Source: Octopus bimaculoides
Taxonomy: Eukaryota
Assembly (NCBI RefSeq): GCF_001194135.2
Contig: NC_068981.1
Location: 40,276,259 to 40,315,889 of the forward strand
Direction of reading: 5' to 3'
Length of the DNA stretch: 39,631 nt
Below, one piece after another: positions 24,025 to 37,289 of the stretch. Position 1 is the first letter of the stretch. Every line of letters starts with the position of its first letter. The notes beneath the pieces were generated by a model. That model had not been told where the DNA came from. It made no database searches and saw only the letters and a program-made list of their open reading frames with translations. Both the position numbers and the translations under genes were made by a program.

Positions 24025-25012
24025 TGTCACTTTTAGTCATCCATAGCCATCTCTTTTCTCTGTTTATCTTATCTTCAACATCCCTATGAAATTGATCATG
24101 CATTCTTTTCTTTATCCACCTATTTTCAGTTTCATTCATTCTCAAGTGCTTGTACAGTGCTTTATCTTTGCAATCTTCCATCCTACACAAGCCTGATCTT
24201 CTTACTTCTCATAATAGCAGTTCTGTGGCATTTTTACGCACCACGCTATGTTGTTTTCTTCTGCTCTAATGCTGTGTTCGCATCCAATAAGTCCTCTTCC
24301 CCCTCTATTTCATGGTGCATACAGTCTGTCTGTGTCACTTTTTGGGTAGAGTATCCCATATCTAGTCAACAACTTCCTTTTTTTTCTCTATAAGCTGTAT
24401 AGTTCGTCTACTCTCCATGCAATTACACCTGCTCCATTTCTAAGGAGTGAAACCGCCCAGGTGTTGATAGCTTCAATCTTATTCCGTCCGTTTACTTTCG
24501 AGTTAAGGATCAGTTTCAATCTGCGGAAGTACTCCACCTTCAATTTTTGTCATTCCTTTCTCTATCAATCTATCCATTTCCAATATCCTCAAGTACTTAT
24601 AGTCTATCTCTTCAATTTGCTTCATAACCTCCCCCGACTGTATCGCTAGCCAGTCCATACATGTAATTTTGCCTCTCTTCAAGACCAACACACCACACTT
24701 TTTCAGTCCGAACTCCATTCTGATATCAGCACTGAAAGTATACGCCGTATCAACGAGGGAACTGACTTGGGAGTCATCATTACCATAATATTTGGGGTCA
24801 TCCATGAATAACAAGTGGTTGACTTTTTATTAGCGGCTCTTGAATCCCCACTCAGCATTTGCTTTTCCTCAGAATCAGTGTTAGTAGTATGATACACGCT
24901 ACAAAGATCAGCGGGGACAGGCAGTCCGCTTGGAAGATGCCTCTCCTGATTTCTATTGCCCCTAAACTTCTTCCATATACTGTCAGTTTCCACCCTCCAC
25001 TTCACAATACTT

Positions 25013-28000
25013 TTTCTGGATCTTGAGACTAGAACAAACTTTGTTGACTTGGAGGGCAGTTTGGTCGTCCTTGATGTGACGCCCAGCAGTGGTAAGACCT
25101 TCAGGCTGGTAGCTGTTCATGCACCCAACGGTACTGAACAGTCTGAGTTTTTTAGAGGCCTAGAGAAATTTATAGGTACGACACACACTTTAGTACTGTT
25201 AGGCGACTTTAACACTATCTGCGATGCACGCGTAGATAGTGTTGGCTCGAATTCGGATCTTATTTAGATCATATCTAAATAGAATTATAATAAGGAATAT
25301 AGATAAAAATTTAGTTAAATGTCCACTTTTCTATCACGTTAGCTACAGTGATCACAAATTTGTGACCTGTAGGTTTGACATAGATAGGTTACGTAGGCAG
25401 GGTTTCGGTTACTAGAAACTCAACAAATTCCTCTTGCCTTGTGAAGAGTACAGGAGCCGGATTAGATAGTTAGTAATGAGGGCCTTGACTGGTTCTATTA
25501 TTAATAACAAATGGTGGTATGCCCTCAAAAGAGCCACATGATTTGAGTCGATTCGCTATAGCATAGAGATAGCTAAGAAGAAGACTAGTATAAAAAGGGC
25601 TCTAGTTAAGGCTGTAGAGGAAGCGCTGAGGTCGGGCTGCGAGATTGGCTCTGAACCAACACCTCAAAGCTAAACATGGGGGAGGCATATTCAGGGTGCA
25701 GCATCATGCAATTGGACAAGAGAGAAACAAAGCTGCTGGATGGGCCCGTGTGGTAGAGGCCCAACGAGCAACGATGTCACAATAAGGTCTCTGACGGACC
25801 AAAAAGGTAACTTGGTAAACGAACCCGAGGAGATGTGTAAGGTCTTTCAAGAACATTTCGCCCAGCTCTTCGGGAGGGGCAGCGAGGCGGAGCGTAGGAG
25901 GGACCATACGGACCACCTCGCCATCTTGCCGCGTCTCTCGGGACGAAAGGCGGAGTGCTGTGAAGGGCCGATCACAGCTGCGGAGGTGGAGGAGGCTCTT
26001 GTGAACTGCGGCGCGGACAAGTCGCCGGGGTTAGATGGTCTTCCCTATGAGTTATATTATAGTATGCCTGACTTGTTCAGGCACCTACTGGCATGTGTTT
26101 TTACGAACTGGCAGCAGAATGGGTTCATCCCCAGATCTATGAGTCGGGGAGTGGTGACACTGCTTAGAAAGGACCCAAACAAGGGGGACACTATAGACAA
26201 TTTTCGGCCCATCACTCTGCTTAACGGAGAGCTGAAGATTTTGACCAAGATATTAGCAAAAAGGTTGGCGCGTGTCGTGGGTGGAATTGTCGGGGAGGCA
26301 CAAACGTGTACCATTCCGGGCAGATCCATACACGACAATCTCCACCTTATACGCTATACCTTATAGAAGATTAACAGAATTCCTGGTAAGGGTGGGGCTT
26401 TGGTTCATTTAGACCAATCTAAGGCTTTCGATAGGGTTGACCATCGGTATCTTGTGTCGGTCCTTGCGGGAGTCGGTTTGGGCCCGACCTTTCTCAGCTG
26501 GATCATTGCTCTTTACGGCAACATCGATTCCATGGGGCGGGTGAACGGTTTCTTCTCGAAACTGTTCTCAATCAAGCGCTCGATATGTCAAGGGTGTTCC
26601 CTCTCCCCACTTTTGTATGTGTTGGGTCTNNNNNNNNNNNNNNNNNNNNNNNNNNNNNNNNNNNNNNNNNNNNNNNNNNNNNNNNNNNNNNNNNNNNNNN
26701 NNNNNNNNNNNNNNNNNNNNNNNNNNNNNNNNNNNNNNNNNNNNNNNNNNNNNNNNNNNNNNNNNNNNNNNNNNNNNNNNNNNNNNNNNNNNNNNNNNNN
26801 NNNNNNNNNNNNNNNNNNNNNNNNNNNNNNNNNNNNNNNNNNNNNNNNNNNNNNNNNNNNNNNNNNNNNNNNNNNNNNNNNNNNNNNNNNNNNNNNNNNN
26901 NNNNNNNNNNNNNNNNNNNNNNNNNNNNNNNNNNNNNNNNNNAAAAGCTAGGAGTCTGATTTGGACCGGACCTCCAGATAGAGAAGAATTAGAGCGAGGT
27001 AGCGTGAAGGGTGACCCTCCTAACTCGGACTTGGTCCTAGCGGTGGCTATTCCTGGTAGTGAGGGCAGAGGTCGCAAATGTGTTTATCGCATCTGTGATC
27101 ACCTACCGCCTAACCGTCGTGCCTTGCCCCGCTTTGTGGCTAAGCAAGCTGGAGCGCTTGCTCTTCCGCTTTTTGTAGAAGGGTAAAGGTCCGCTTGTAA
27201 GGCGCTCTATCTGATGCCAACACCCGCTAAATGCAGGGCTAGGGATGCCTTCGCTGTTGACGTGCAGACATGCGCTGAGGCTGAGGCTCTTCCTGGATGG
27301 TGAACAGGTGTTGTCTCCGTTTGTGAAACTGATGCTTCCTAGGTTTAATAGTTTCAGTGAACTGGAACCGTGGATCAAGCGAAGACCAAGGTTAGGAGAA
27401 TGGCAAGCGAGTGCTGTCAGGTTCTTGTGCTCCTCTTTCACACGGATAATGCCAGCGGCGGGGGTTCCATCTCGTTCTTTTATAAAGGGTTTGTAGAGTG
27501 CAAGTGCGACGACGTTCTGGGAGAGACTCTAGGCTTCGACGATACTCAACTCGCCAGCCTGTTCCGAAGGACATTCGGGCCAGGGCCTTTGGATAATTTC
27601 CAAAAGTCTCTAGCCTGGCAATGTTACCGAGGGGCTTTACTGGTTCGAGATAAACTCGCAGGGCATGTGCTTCTTGCCTGCCTACGTACCCAAGGTTCGA
27701 GCAGAACGATGAAACCGTTCTGCACGCGATTGTACAGTGTCGAGAATATCGGAAATGTGGGTTTACGTCGAACAGTTGCTATCGTGTCTAGGAAGAGTGT
27801 AACTGCCCTCTTAGTCAATCATTAAGATTGTTCCACTTTCTTGTTTTAATCGAGTAGGAAAGGTTTGTTTTCTCGCTGTGGTTGCTATAGCAAAAGAGAT
27901 GGTTTGGAAGAGAATGAAAGGTGTAGCGACAGGCACATTCTTCTCCGGTCTCACTCTAGTGAGCTTTTTTTATTTTCCATCTTAAAAAGAAAAGAAAACT

Positions 28001-28320
28001 GGACAGGAGGTGTTTGTCGCGTGGTATTTTTATGGAAATAGATGGAAGGATGTGGCGTGAGAGTTGAGAATGAGTGACTTCTCTTGATTATAAGCAATAG
28101 AAGTAAGGCAAGGCTTCAATGGTGGACCGGGTCTCGCGGGGGCGAAGCTGTACCCGGCTCCCACTCCATTGTATTGTCCCGTTGTTTTGTCTTTTCATTC
28201 GTTTTATGTCATAAATGTTTATATCGTCATTTTAATGTAATAATCAATCGCGACCCCACTTTGTATTTGTATTGCCCCCCCCCCTCTGTTTGGCCCCCAG
28301 TGAGCAATAAAGAAATCATT
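25013..28320 (+). mobile_element. L1/Tx1-clade LINE ORF2 (APE partial, RT, C-terminal domain) plus 3' UTR; 5'-truncated, disrupted, gap 26630-26942
   Basis: APE: VHAPNG, LLGDFN, SDH, GY*KLN; RT: KSPGLDGLP, NFRPITLLN, LDQSKAFDRVDH, QGCSLSPLLY; 3' aataaa at about 28306. Confidence 0.92.
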
Positions 28321-29184
28321 CATAATTTGGACGCATCAGGTATGACCCGATTCTCAGCAGCGCAGAGAGAACAAACTATCGTCCGATTGCAAGCAGGGCA
28401 GCGTGCCCTGATTTTTGGGAAAGCTTACAATGTCCATGTAAGCACTATCTATCTCCTACAACAACGATACAACACCAACAGATCTGCAGACCGTGTCCGC
28501 AGAAGGCGCCCTCGGGTGACCACGCCCAGGTAGGACCGCTTCATCTACCTGCAACACCTCCATTATCGCTTCAATGTGACAGCTCGCGAGACCATTGGCA
28601 CTGGACAGCGACCCATCAGTGACGACACGGTACGAAGGCGACTGGCCACCAACCTGCTTTGCCGTCGTCCTGCTCGAGGGCCTGTCCTCACCGCCAGTCA
28701 CTGTCAGGCACGACTACAGTGGGCTACACAGCATCAACAATGGAAGTTGATAATCTTCTCTGACGAGACTCGGTACTACGTTTCCACCTCGGATGGCAGA
28801 GTGAGGGTGTGGCGTAGGAGAGGTGAACGCTACAGAGACGCATGTGTCGTGGAGAGAAAAGTGTGGGTTGGCCAAAGCAGAATGGTTTGGGGTGCTATAG
28901 GCCTAAAGCAGAGAACCGCCTCATGCACTCCATGTACCGACGATGTACGGCCGTTTTGAAGACCCAGGGAGGGCATATACGGTATTGACCATGTCACGCC
29001 CTACAATTTCGATGCGCTAGATCTTCTCATTACTAGAACACATGACCACGATTCATAGATTGCGGTTAAAGTGCATCCAAGAAATTGACTTTATCAGATT
29101 TATCAAAATTTATCTCTGACATAATGAAATTAAAACATATTTCACAGTCACGCACGTCTTACATTTCTTTTGCAGTTCAGTGTA
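28321..29184 (+). mobile_element. Tc1-family transposon, left end missing, internally deleted transposase (ATG 28342, stop 28988)
   Basis: RPRVTTPR*DR; ISDDTVRRRL; IIFSDETRY; DGRVRVWRRRGER; MVWGAI; SMYRRCTAV..QGGHIRY*; right terminus ttcttttgcagttcagtg|TA. Confidence 0.9.
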
Positions 29185-29509
29185 CGTATCTTTTTGATAC
29201 TGAATTTTTCCGATCTCTAGTGTTAAGAGAAGTGAGTTGCATTTGAGAGCAACTGTATGCATATGATCTATATGAGTGCATCCTTTTACCGTATTTTTGC
29301 ATTAGAGATTTTAAACGAAGCTTCAGTATTCAATAATTTTACTTTTCTTGGTGATCCGAATATAGATGCGTATATGCGTGTGTAATGTATGTGCTTGCAT
29401 GTTAATATATTTTCCATGTGTATGCACACACATACTTATAGGTATCTTTTTACGAACGCATGTATGCGTATGCATTTATGTAGATAAATACATACACATG
29501 CATATGTGT

Positions 29510-29516
29510 ATGTGTA

Positions 29517-29609
<93 letters not shown>

Positions 29610-29658
29610 GTGTGCGCGTGTGTGTGCGTGCGTGTGAGTGTGTGTGTGTGTGTGTGTA
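29510..29658. repeat. (TG)n microsatellite
   Basis: Direct inspection. Confidence 0.95.
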
Positions 29659-29764
29659 CTAAATAGATAATAAATATGTATTTGTTCATACTCATGTATG
29701 TATTATTTTATGTGTATGCATTGTGAAGATATCTGTATAAAGCATGTGTATATCTTTCTTTTGG

Positions 29765-30165
29765 CTATCTGAATTCCTCACAACAAAATAGGGCTAATTT
29801 CTACTCCAGAAACAAAGCTCCGTTGCTAGAATTTACACAATAGCTTTAAAAATGTCTTACATATTCTGTTGTTCCATGCACAAATAATATTGGCAAAGCG
29901 CGTGTTAAATGATTATTTTCTTTGACTGAAAAACCCAGCTTTTAGAGCTTGTCACATAGACATTTACTGGCATTGCCAATGCGCCAATAATTATAGTTAC
30001 AAATGTGAATATATAATCCGAGTAAAGAATTTGTAGGTTCCGAAGCAGTCATCTGTAAATATTTTCTTTCTCACTGATTTTGAAGAAATTGTTCATATGT
30101 GCCAGGCAGCTAACCTATATGACTGTACATGATGTTTTTTCCCTTTCTGTCCCGAACAAAAGACA
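29765..30165 (-). mobile_element. REL-LINE family B 3' fragment; may extend weakly to about 30550
   Basis: DRKGKTSCTVI*VSCLAHMN..KISEKENIYR*LLRNLQILY...IIIGAL...KLGFSVKE. Confidence 0.7.
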
Positions 30166-30649
30166 TATACATACATATCAGGTGATGTAGGCACGTACGT
30201 AGGTATGTATGTATGTAATCATGCATAGATTGTATATGATAGAGAATATATTGACTGTTTCACGTGAAATGAATGTGTTGTTTAAATATTCTTCCCCCAT
30301 AATATGATTTGAAAATTATACATTCAGCAAGGAATTCCCAATACAATGGTGACTTATATGTCAATTGTATCGTAAGCTTTTGCTGGCAAATTCTAATCTG
30401 ACTTTTTACCAGTTCTTACTTTCGGATATATTCACAACACTCTCTTTCACCTTGACTTGTATCTGACTATAATGAAAATCAATAACACTTGCTGTGATCA
30501 AGCACCATGTTTTTATATCCATTTATTCTGGAAAGTGGTACGTGGTTGTTAAGGAAATACTGTTTGCTTGCACGAGAGAAATAGAATAACAGAAATAAGC
30601 TGATATATTACATTTTTAAAATATAGTATTACAACTAGTATTTGTACTA

Positions 30650-30731
30650 CAGCTACTACTATTACTACTTATGCTACATCCATTATTACTACAACTGCTG
30701 CTGCAGCTATTTCTACTACTACTACTACTAT

Positions 30732-30827
<96 letters not shown>

Positions 30828-30855
30828 TAATAAAAATAATAATAACGACAACAAC
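30650..30855. repeat. (CTA)n/(TAA)n microsatellite
   Basis: Direct inspection. Confidence 0.95.
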
Positions 30856-31045
30856 AAGACGATGTATGCATCATTAAATCAAAATTGTCATGCAAGTATC
30901 ATACTTAATGTATGCAACACTGTTTACAGGCAAACTGCTAACAAATATATTTTTAAAAATTACAAACTACAACAAAAATTTATTTAAATGCAGCATTACC
31001 ATTACAAAATGATGATGCAAAAAAAATATTATATATATATATATT

Positions 31046-31212
31046 AGGAATGGCTGTGGAGTAAGAAGCTTGCCTCCAACCACATGGTTCTGGGTTCAGT
31101 CCAACTGCGTGGTACCTTGGGAAAGTGTTTTCTACTCTAGCCTCGGGCCGACTAAAGCCTTGAGGGTAGATTTGGTAGACGGAAACTGAAAGAAGCCCGT
31201 CGTATGTATATA
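31046..31212 (+). mobile_element. SINE family 1, 5' half
   Basis: Matches 4095-4260 up to gaaagaagcccgtcgta. Confidence 0.85.
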
Positions 31213-32440
31213 TACAGCGAGTGTAAGATATTTGAGAACAGATTTATATTTATATAAAAACATATATATAATAACAGATAATAACTTTATTAACAACAAA
31301 TGCTATGAGGATAAAAATAAACCTTCTTTTCTATAATGTTATTCTATAAAGCCACCTGCAGGTCCAACAACTGCTTCTATATGAGATCTAAATCATCTAC
31401 ATGCTCGAATCAAGTGGTTCTGGTTTATTTTGGACATTACTCTGACTATGGCAGCTTTCATAGAATCTTTGGTGTTATGGGCCTATTCATTGACCTCTCT
31501 TTCAACAACGCTCCACATGTAATAGTCCAGTGCATTGAGATCTAGGGAATTAGGAGGCCAAATGTTAAGGGTTATGTAATCATGAAAATTTTCAGCCATC
31601 CATTCCTGTGTTAGCTATGTGTGATAGTGCAGAGTCTTACTGAAACACATATGGTCTTCCATTGCATACACTGTCTATCCAGGGCTTAACAATTATTTCC
31701 AGGACCTCAATGTAGGCGGCAGAGTTAACTCTAAGGCCTTGTGGAAAGAAGTAAAGTGACATCGCATGTCCTTCATTGCTGACAACCCATAAAACCATGA
31801 CAATTGCAGGAAATTGCGTATGCATAACACTTGGAACTTCAGAAGTGTCTGCACATAACCATCTCTCATTTCTTTTGTTAACCTTTTAATCTTCTTCTGC
31901 TGGATTTTTCAGTTTGTTTAAGAGCATTTTAGATTTGATGTAGTGATTTTCCTTTGCTTTTTCTGACAAATTGACCTTTCCTCATCATATAAGACTTATA
32001 TCTGATGTCTTCGGGAACAACATGTCTGACTTTTCCTTCTAACACATGGAGAGCTTTTGCAATTGACCACATGGACTTTCTGAGATTGTAAACAATGGTC
32101 TGTTGAACTTGCTGAATAAATTCAGGTGCGCTGGTGATTTCAGAGCGTTTAGAATGCTTTTTATGCTATGATACAGGTGATACGTTTCCATCTTCAGTCT
32201 CTAGCTCCTTACAAACTTTGGAGACGAAAGATCTGGCAACTTTTAAAACTGAATCAGGCGCGTGTGAACGATGTCGAGAGAACGTCTGTTACAAATGATA
32301 TTTCTTGACACAAGGCACCTCTAACACGACCTCCAGACACTGAACGAAAATAAATGAACTGCAATCAGGTTCAATAAATGGAGCGCAAGTTATTGGCTGC
32401 AATTACATATTTGAAGTCACTGTTGGGAGAAATTAAATCA
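31213..32440 (-). mobile_element. maT (DD37D-like) transposon, near full length, decayed
   Basis: PEFIQQVQQ; DIRYKSYMMRKGQ; MHTQFPAIVMVLWVVSNEGH; YIEVLEIIVKPWI; YVFQ*DSA; WPPNSLDLNALDYYMW; GGFIE*; TIRs not confidently seen. Confidence 0.88.
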
Positions 32441-32647
32441 GCTTGCAAATACATGTTCACTTTACTAAATTTATACTCGGGCTAACCCTGAATCGCCACT
32501 GATATATATATATATATATATATATANNNNNNNNNNNNNNNNNNNNNNNNNNNNNNNNNNNNNNNNNNNNNNNNNNNNNNNNNNNNNNNNNNNNNNNNNN
32601 NNNNNNNNNNNNNNNNNNNNNNNNNNNNNNNNNNNNNNNNNNNNNNN

Positions 32648-32681
<34 letters not shown>

Positions 32682-33790
32682 TATGAGGAAGACGAGTGTA
32701 TGACATTGACAAGGTTTAACAAGACTGAAAGTCATCTTGCGTTCTGGATAGCCACTGCCTAAACGATTTTTTGTCTCCTTTCGATATGTGTGTTATGGTT
32801 TTTAAAAAGTACGTCTTGTAGGAAATTTTATCTCGAATGAAAGCCGCAGTATCTTGTATCTTGCCTGTCGACAGATATATACGTTAAATATGCTACAGAG
32901 GTTGCTATTTTAATTTAATGCTGCTTCAGTTGCGTACACCAAGTTTTAATTCTTCCCAACAGCTATTTGTAATATCACTGCATCTTATAAAGCAGAGGCA
33001 ACAATATATATCATTGACATGTATGCATCATTGACAAGGCTAGCGCTGCCGGAAGACTATTTTATCTCCCTCCGATACACAATACATATTGTGTTTTAAC
33101 ACAGCAGAGCGTCGAGGCCGGTACAGGACGATACAACGTGGGGTTGCATAAAGTCGTGTAAGCAGTAAGAAAAAAAAAACAAGTAAAAAATATTCAAACA
33201 TAAAATAATTCCCCAAAATGGAATGACTTCTGAGAGCTACCTGTGAAAATCCCACAAAACCGCGGTTATCCTGTCCACTAGAGCAACTGCTTTCTCCCTA
33301 TACTCCTACTTCAATCTATAGACGTATAGTCAGAGCAGCTACTCATTTATTCTGACCATTTTTGCTACTTGTCCATCTTTCAACAAATCTGGTATGAGAC
33401 AGTACTTCCCTCTCTACCCCTACTTTCCTTTCCGAGAGAAATTTGAAACAGTTGAAGGGACCTTGGGGGAGTAAAGTGTCTGCCTTCACTGCTCTCAGGT
33501 CTACTACACAGCTTCTTTCACAAAAGCTATCAAACAGACGAAAGCTGTGTGTCCTTCCCAGAATGTGACGGAACGATTTTCACAGTGAAGTCAGCTGATA
33601 GCCGGATCGGTACCACATACGACAGCAGGAATTCGGCATAACCTCCCAAATCATCAATACACGAGCGCTGGCAAAGCGCAAGCAGAACAGAGTCACTGTT
33701 CTGTGCACATCTCAAACTGGCCTGACTGACGACACTTCTGAACTTGTAGAGTTGATCCCAAACCCTTCAGCAAATGTACTGGATGGCTGC

Positions 33791-33792
<2 letters not shown>

Positions 33793-33845
<53 letters not shown>

Positions 33846-33985
33846 NNNNNNNNNNNNNNNNNNNNNNNNNNNNNNNNNNNNNNNNNNNNNNNNNNNNNNN
33901 NNNNNNNNNNNNNNNNNNNNNNNNNNNNNNNNNNNNNNNNNNNNNNNNNNNNNNNNNNNNNNNNNNNNNNNNNNNNNNNNNNNNN

Positions 33986-34047
<62 letters not shown>

Positions 34048-34085
34048 ACACACACACACATACACACACACACACACACACACAT
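33793..34085. repeat. (CT)n-gap-(CA)n
   Basis: Direct inspection. Confidence 0.9.
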
Positions 34086-34411
34086 GTACACACTCACACT
34101 TACAAACGTTTTCATCAAAGCTATCACAAGACAGAGAAAAACTGTACTAACTACCTACACGAAAGTAGGTGGCATGCAATCTTCCTGATGAACTCGTCCG
34201 ATAACTTAATCGATCATACATGTGACAACAGCTTTTCAACAAAACTCTACAAGTCAGCAATACCTGGATAAGAGCATGCAGAGCGGTTTCGTCGCTGTAC
34301 AGGTATTTCCATTGAAAACACTTCCAGTTAAACTTCACGGTTCTTGTTTGATCCAGTTATTCTGATGGAATGAAACTAGGATGAGGTTACGAAACTTACC
34401 TAGAAATGTTC

Positions 34412-34545
34412 CGATAGAATGCTATCGATAAAATAAAGTGCCGGTCAAGCACTGGAGTCGATGAATAGTGGAGTCGATGAATAGTGGAGTCGACCAAGCC
34501 CTATCCAGAAAACTTCTGGCTTCGTGCCTAAATCAGAAACAATTA
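34412..34545 (+). mobile_element. SINE family 3, 3' part, with 16-bp internal tandem duplication at 34453-34493
   Basis: gataaaataaagtgccggtcaagcactggagtcgat matches 34678-34720. Confidence 0.6.
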
Positions 34546-34557
34546 TTATATTTAAAG

Positions 34558-34766
34558 GGTGAACTGCCTGAAGAGTTTGTACCGTCGGACAAAATACCTT
34601 GCAGTATTTGTTCGAACTCTTTTCGTTTTGAGTTAAAGTCAGATCGAAGTCAGACTTACCTTTCATCGTTTTGGAATGATAAAATAAAGTACCAATCAAG
34701 TATCGGAGCCGATGGAACCGACTAACCCCTCTCCTGAAAATTGCTGGTCTTGTATCTAAATTAAAA
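34558..34766 (+). mobile_element. SINE family 3 (MetaSINE-like core by recall), diverged full copy
   Basis: gacttacctttcatcgttttggaatgataaaataaagtacc resembles the ...cctttcatcc...gataaaatgagtacc core. Confidence 0.6.
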
Positions 34767-34799
34767 TTATGTGCAAAACCATAATTATGTCGGGTGGAG

Positions 34800-34940
34800 A
34801 AGTGGGGTGATGATGGGATAGTGATGAAGTGATGGTGAGGTGATGGTGGTGGTAGTTGTGGTAGTGATGAAGTGGTGGTGGTGCTGCTGCTGGTGGTGCT
34901 GCTGGTGGTGGTGGTGGTGGTCGTCGTCGTCGTCGTCGTG
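34800..34940. repeat. (GGT)/(GTC)-rich low-complexity repeat
   Basis: Direct inspection. Confidence 0.85.
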
Positions 34941-35280
34941 TATATTTATATGCTGCTGTTATTTAGCCCAATGGTAGCCTCAGTTGAAAATAACAAGATT
35001 CATAAAATTCTAACCGTGACCATCGTGTCTTGTTCAATGCACCTTTCCATTTCTTTTCTTTTCTTTTTTTTTTTTTTTGAAGCATTTGAATGATGCCTGA
35101 AGGAGATTTGGCTGCTATTTATACTAAGTCGAACCACCACATAAAGGCTAATGTGTTAGTTGTGGTAGCACCCTCGATAGATAGCTAGTTAAACTCTCTC
35201 TCTCTGTAGATAAAGTCTGTGGCCAGCCATTCCATTTGTCCTTGAGTTGAAAATAGGTATTTGATGCCCTTGAGCGTAAA

Positions 35281-35281
<1 letters not shown>

Positions 35282-35354
<73 letters not shown>

Positions 35355-35362
35355 CATTATTC
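35282..35362. repeat. (AAT)n microsatellite
   Basis: Direct inspection. Confidence 0.95.
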
Positions 35363-36059
35363 TTATCAATTGAATTTATTGATTTTATTTCATTCTAGTG
35401 ATGAATAAACTAGAACTGAATGTTGCATTTGTATTCGCTATTTACTTAACGTAAAGCCAACGTGAAATAAAAATGATAGCAAGTTTCTTTAGTATCCTCA
35501 TTTACGTTAACAACAAAAATTAAAAATATATAAAATCATTGCTAACTGAAGGATTTGTTTTATACTTTAATCTTTCCTCGGTTTTATTTTTTTATTTATT
35601 CATTTTGCTTTATTCCATTTCATCTTTTTCTAAAAAATTCTGAATGTTTCCTTGTCTATTTATAAATTATTACAAACTTTTTTTATAATGTACAAGAGTA
35701 ATTTAAAAGAAATCGATCTGTATTTTGCTTCCCTTGTGACACATTTTTTTTCTTCCAATATTTAATATATAAATGTAATGTTTTTATAGTTCGATTTTAA
35801 TGTTACTTTCTCACATTATTACTCTAACTCATTTTTCCCCTGTCTTTGACTCTTTCTTTCTGTTTTTAATGTAGCAGCAGTTCAAGAATTCCTCCGAGAA
35901 TAATTGTACAACACGTACAGAGAAACTGGGATAGACAGACAATTAAAATTTCAGGAGGGACGTGAGAGAGAGAGAGGACACCACACTATCGGCATTTCAT
36001 CACAAACGAAAAGCACAAACTTGACAATAATGACTAAAACATAACCAGCAGACCGGAGA

Positions 36060-36480
36060 GTTTCTTCATAGTCGCTAAACCTGCTAGAAATAGGAGTCAA
36101 ATCTCCTTCAAATCACGTACCTTGCCGTTTTTGATAAGGAAAAAGCACACCAAGATAACTAAATCAACAAAAAGACAATCACTATGGATTTGCCGCTGAT
36201 CATAGAAACAGAACTGGCCTGGGGTTAAGCAGCAACAACAAATATCATAACAAGTCGACAACAAAGTATCTACGTAGTCTCTTGAAGCACTAGAAATAAC
36301 AGCCAAAATACAACCAAATTACACAGCCTACTCTCATAAAAAGTGAAGAACGCATTCAGTAATGTTATCTTTGTGATATACAAAAGGACGGAATGGTCAC
36401 GGGTGGAGCACTTTTTATCATAGGTTTAGTTGAAATGAGGCAGACCCAGCGTTACTCGACAACAACAGCAACAACATGAG
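36060..36480 (+). mobile_element. Two tandem diverged copies of a SINE-like repeat (family 4) ending in (CAA)n; inverted fragment at 35095-35150
   Basis: ctagaaataggagtcaaatctccttc (36085), ctagaaataacagccaaa (36290), reverse complement gaaggagatttggctgctattt (35099). Confidence 0.45.
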
Positions 36481-36639
36481 AAACTATACATCGAGAACAA
36501 CAACATTATGCTGTGACTATCTAAATATAGAAAAGTGAGAAGAATTCAGTTAAATGTGACATAGTTGTTAGAGACGTCATATCTTATAGCACCAATCGAT
36601 ATTTTAGCTGGAACAATAGAAGCTAAAAGTACACGAATC

Positions 36640-37115
36640 TACGCACACAAACATACATACATTACATAAATGCATGCATGCATGCATACACGTAAACATA
36701 TATGCATGCATGCATACATACATTCATACATAGATGCATACGCACAACCATAAAGTATTTTGTCTAAATGAGCAAAAAAGATATGTCCTTTTGCTTATCT
36801 ATGCATATATATGCACATGCGCGTGTGCGCAAGTAATCTCTGCACAGTATGAGTGAACCCAGAATCACGTAGATGGGAACCGAACTTCCTTTGCTATAGA
36901 ACCATGTATGTACGTTCGTGTGCATGTACGTATGTATGTATGCATGCATGCATGCATGTATATGTGTGTGTGTATATTTATGTACATGTGTGTATGTATG
37001 TATGTATGTATGTATTTATGCATGTATGCATGTATGTATGCATGTATGTATGTATGAATATTTGCATTTATGTATGTATGTATGTATGCATGCATGCATG
37101 CATGCATGTATGTAT
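36640..37115. repeat. (ATGC)/(ATGT) tetranucleotide repeat blocks
   Basis: Direct inspection. Confidence 0.85.
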
Positions 37116-37289
37116 ACTGACAGTTGCGTGCCTGTGAGTCACTCGGAGCAAGATATTCAAAAAATAACTGTCTCCTCTTCTACAATGCTTCTGCCGAATC
37201 CTGACTTAGAGTAAGCCGAAGAAAATTTAGGTAATTTCACAGGAAAGACCTACGTGGAAAGAAATATACTCTTTTCAAGGGACCATGCA

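Noticed and set aside
30411-30540. 42-codon open exon candidate
   Set aside because: Expected by chance at this length; adjacent to, and possibly part of, an antisense LINE remnant.
34453-34493. Short direct repeats as CRISPR-like (also 13363-13411)
   Set aside because: No spacers; these are simple 16-bp and 18-bp tandem duplications inside transposons.
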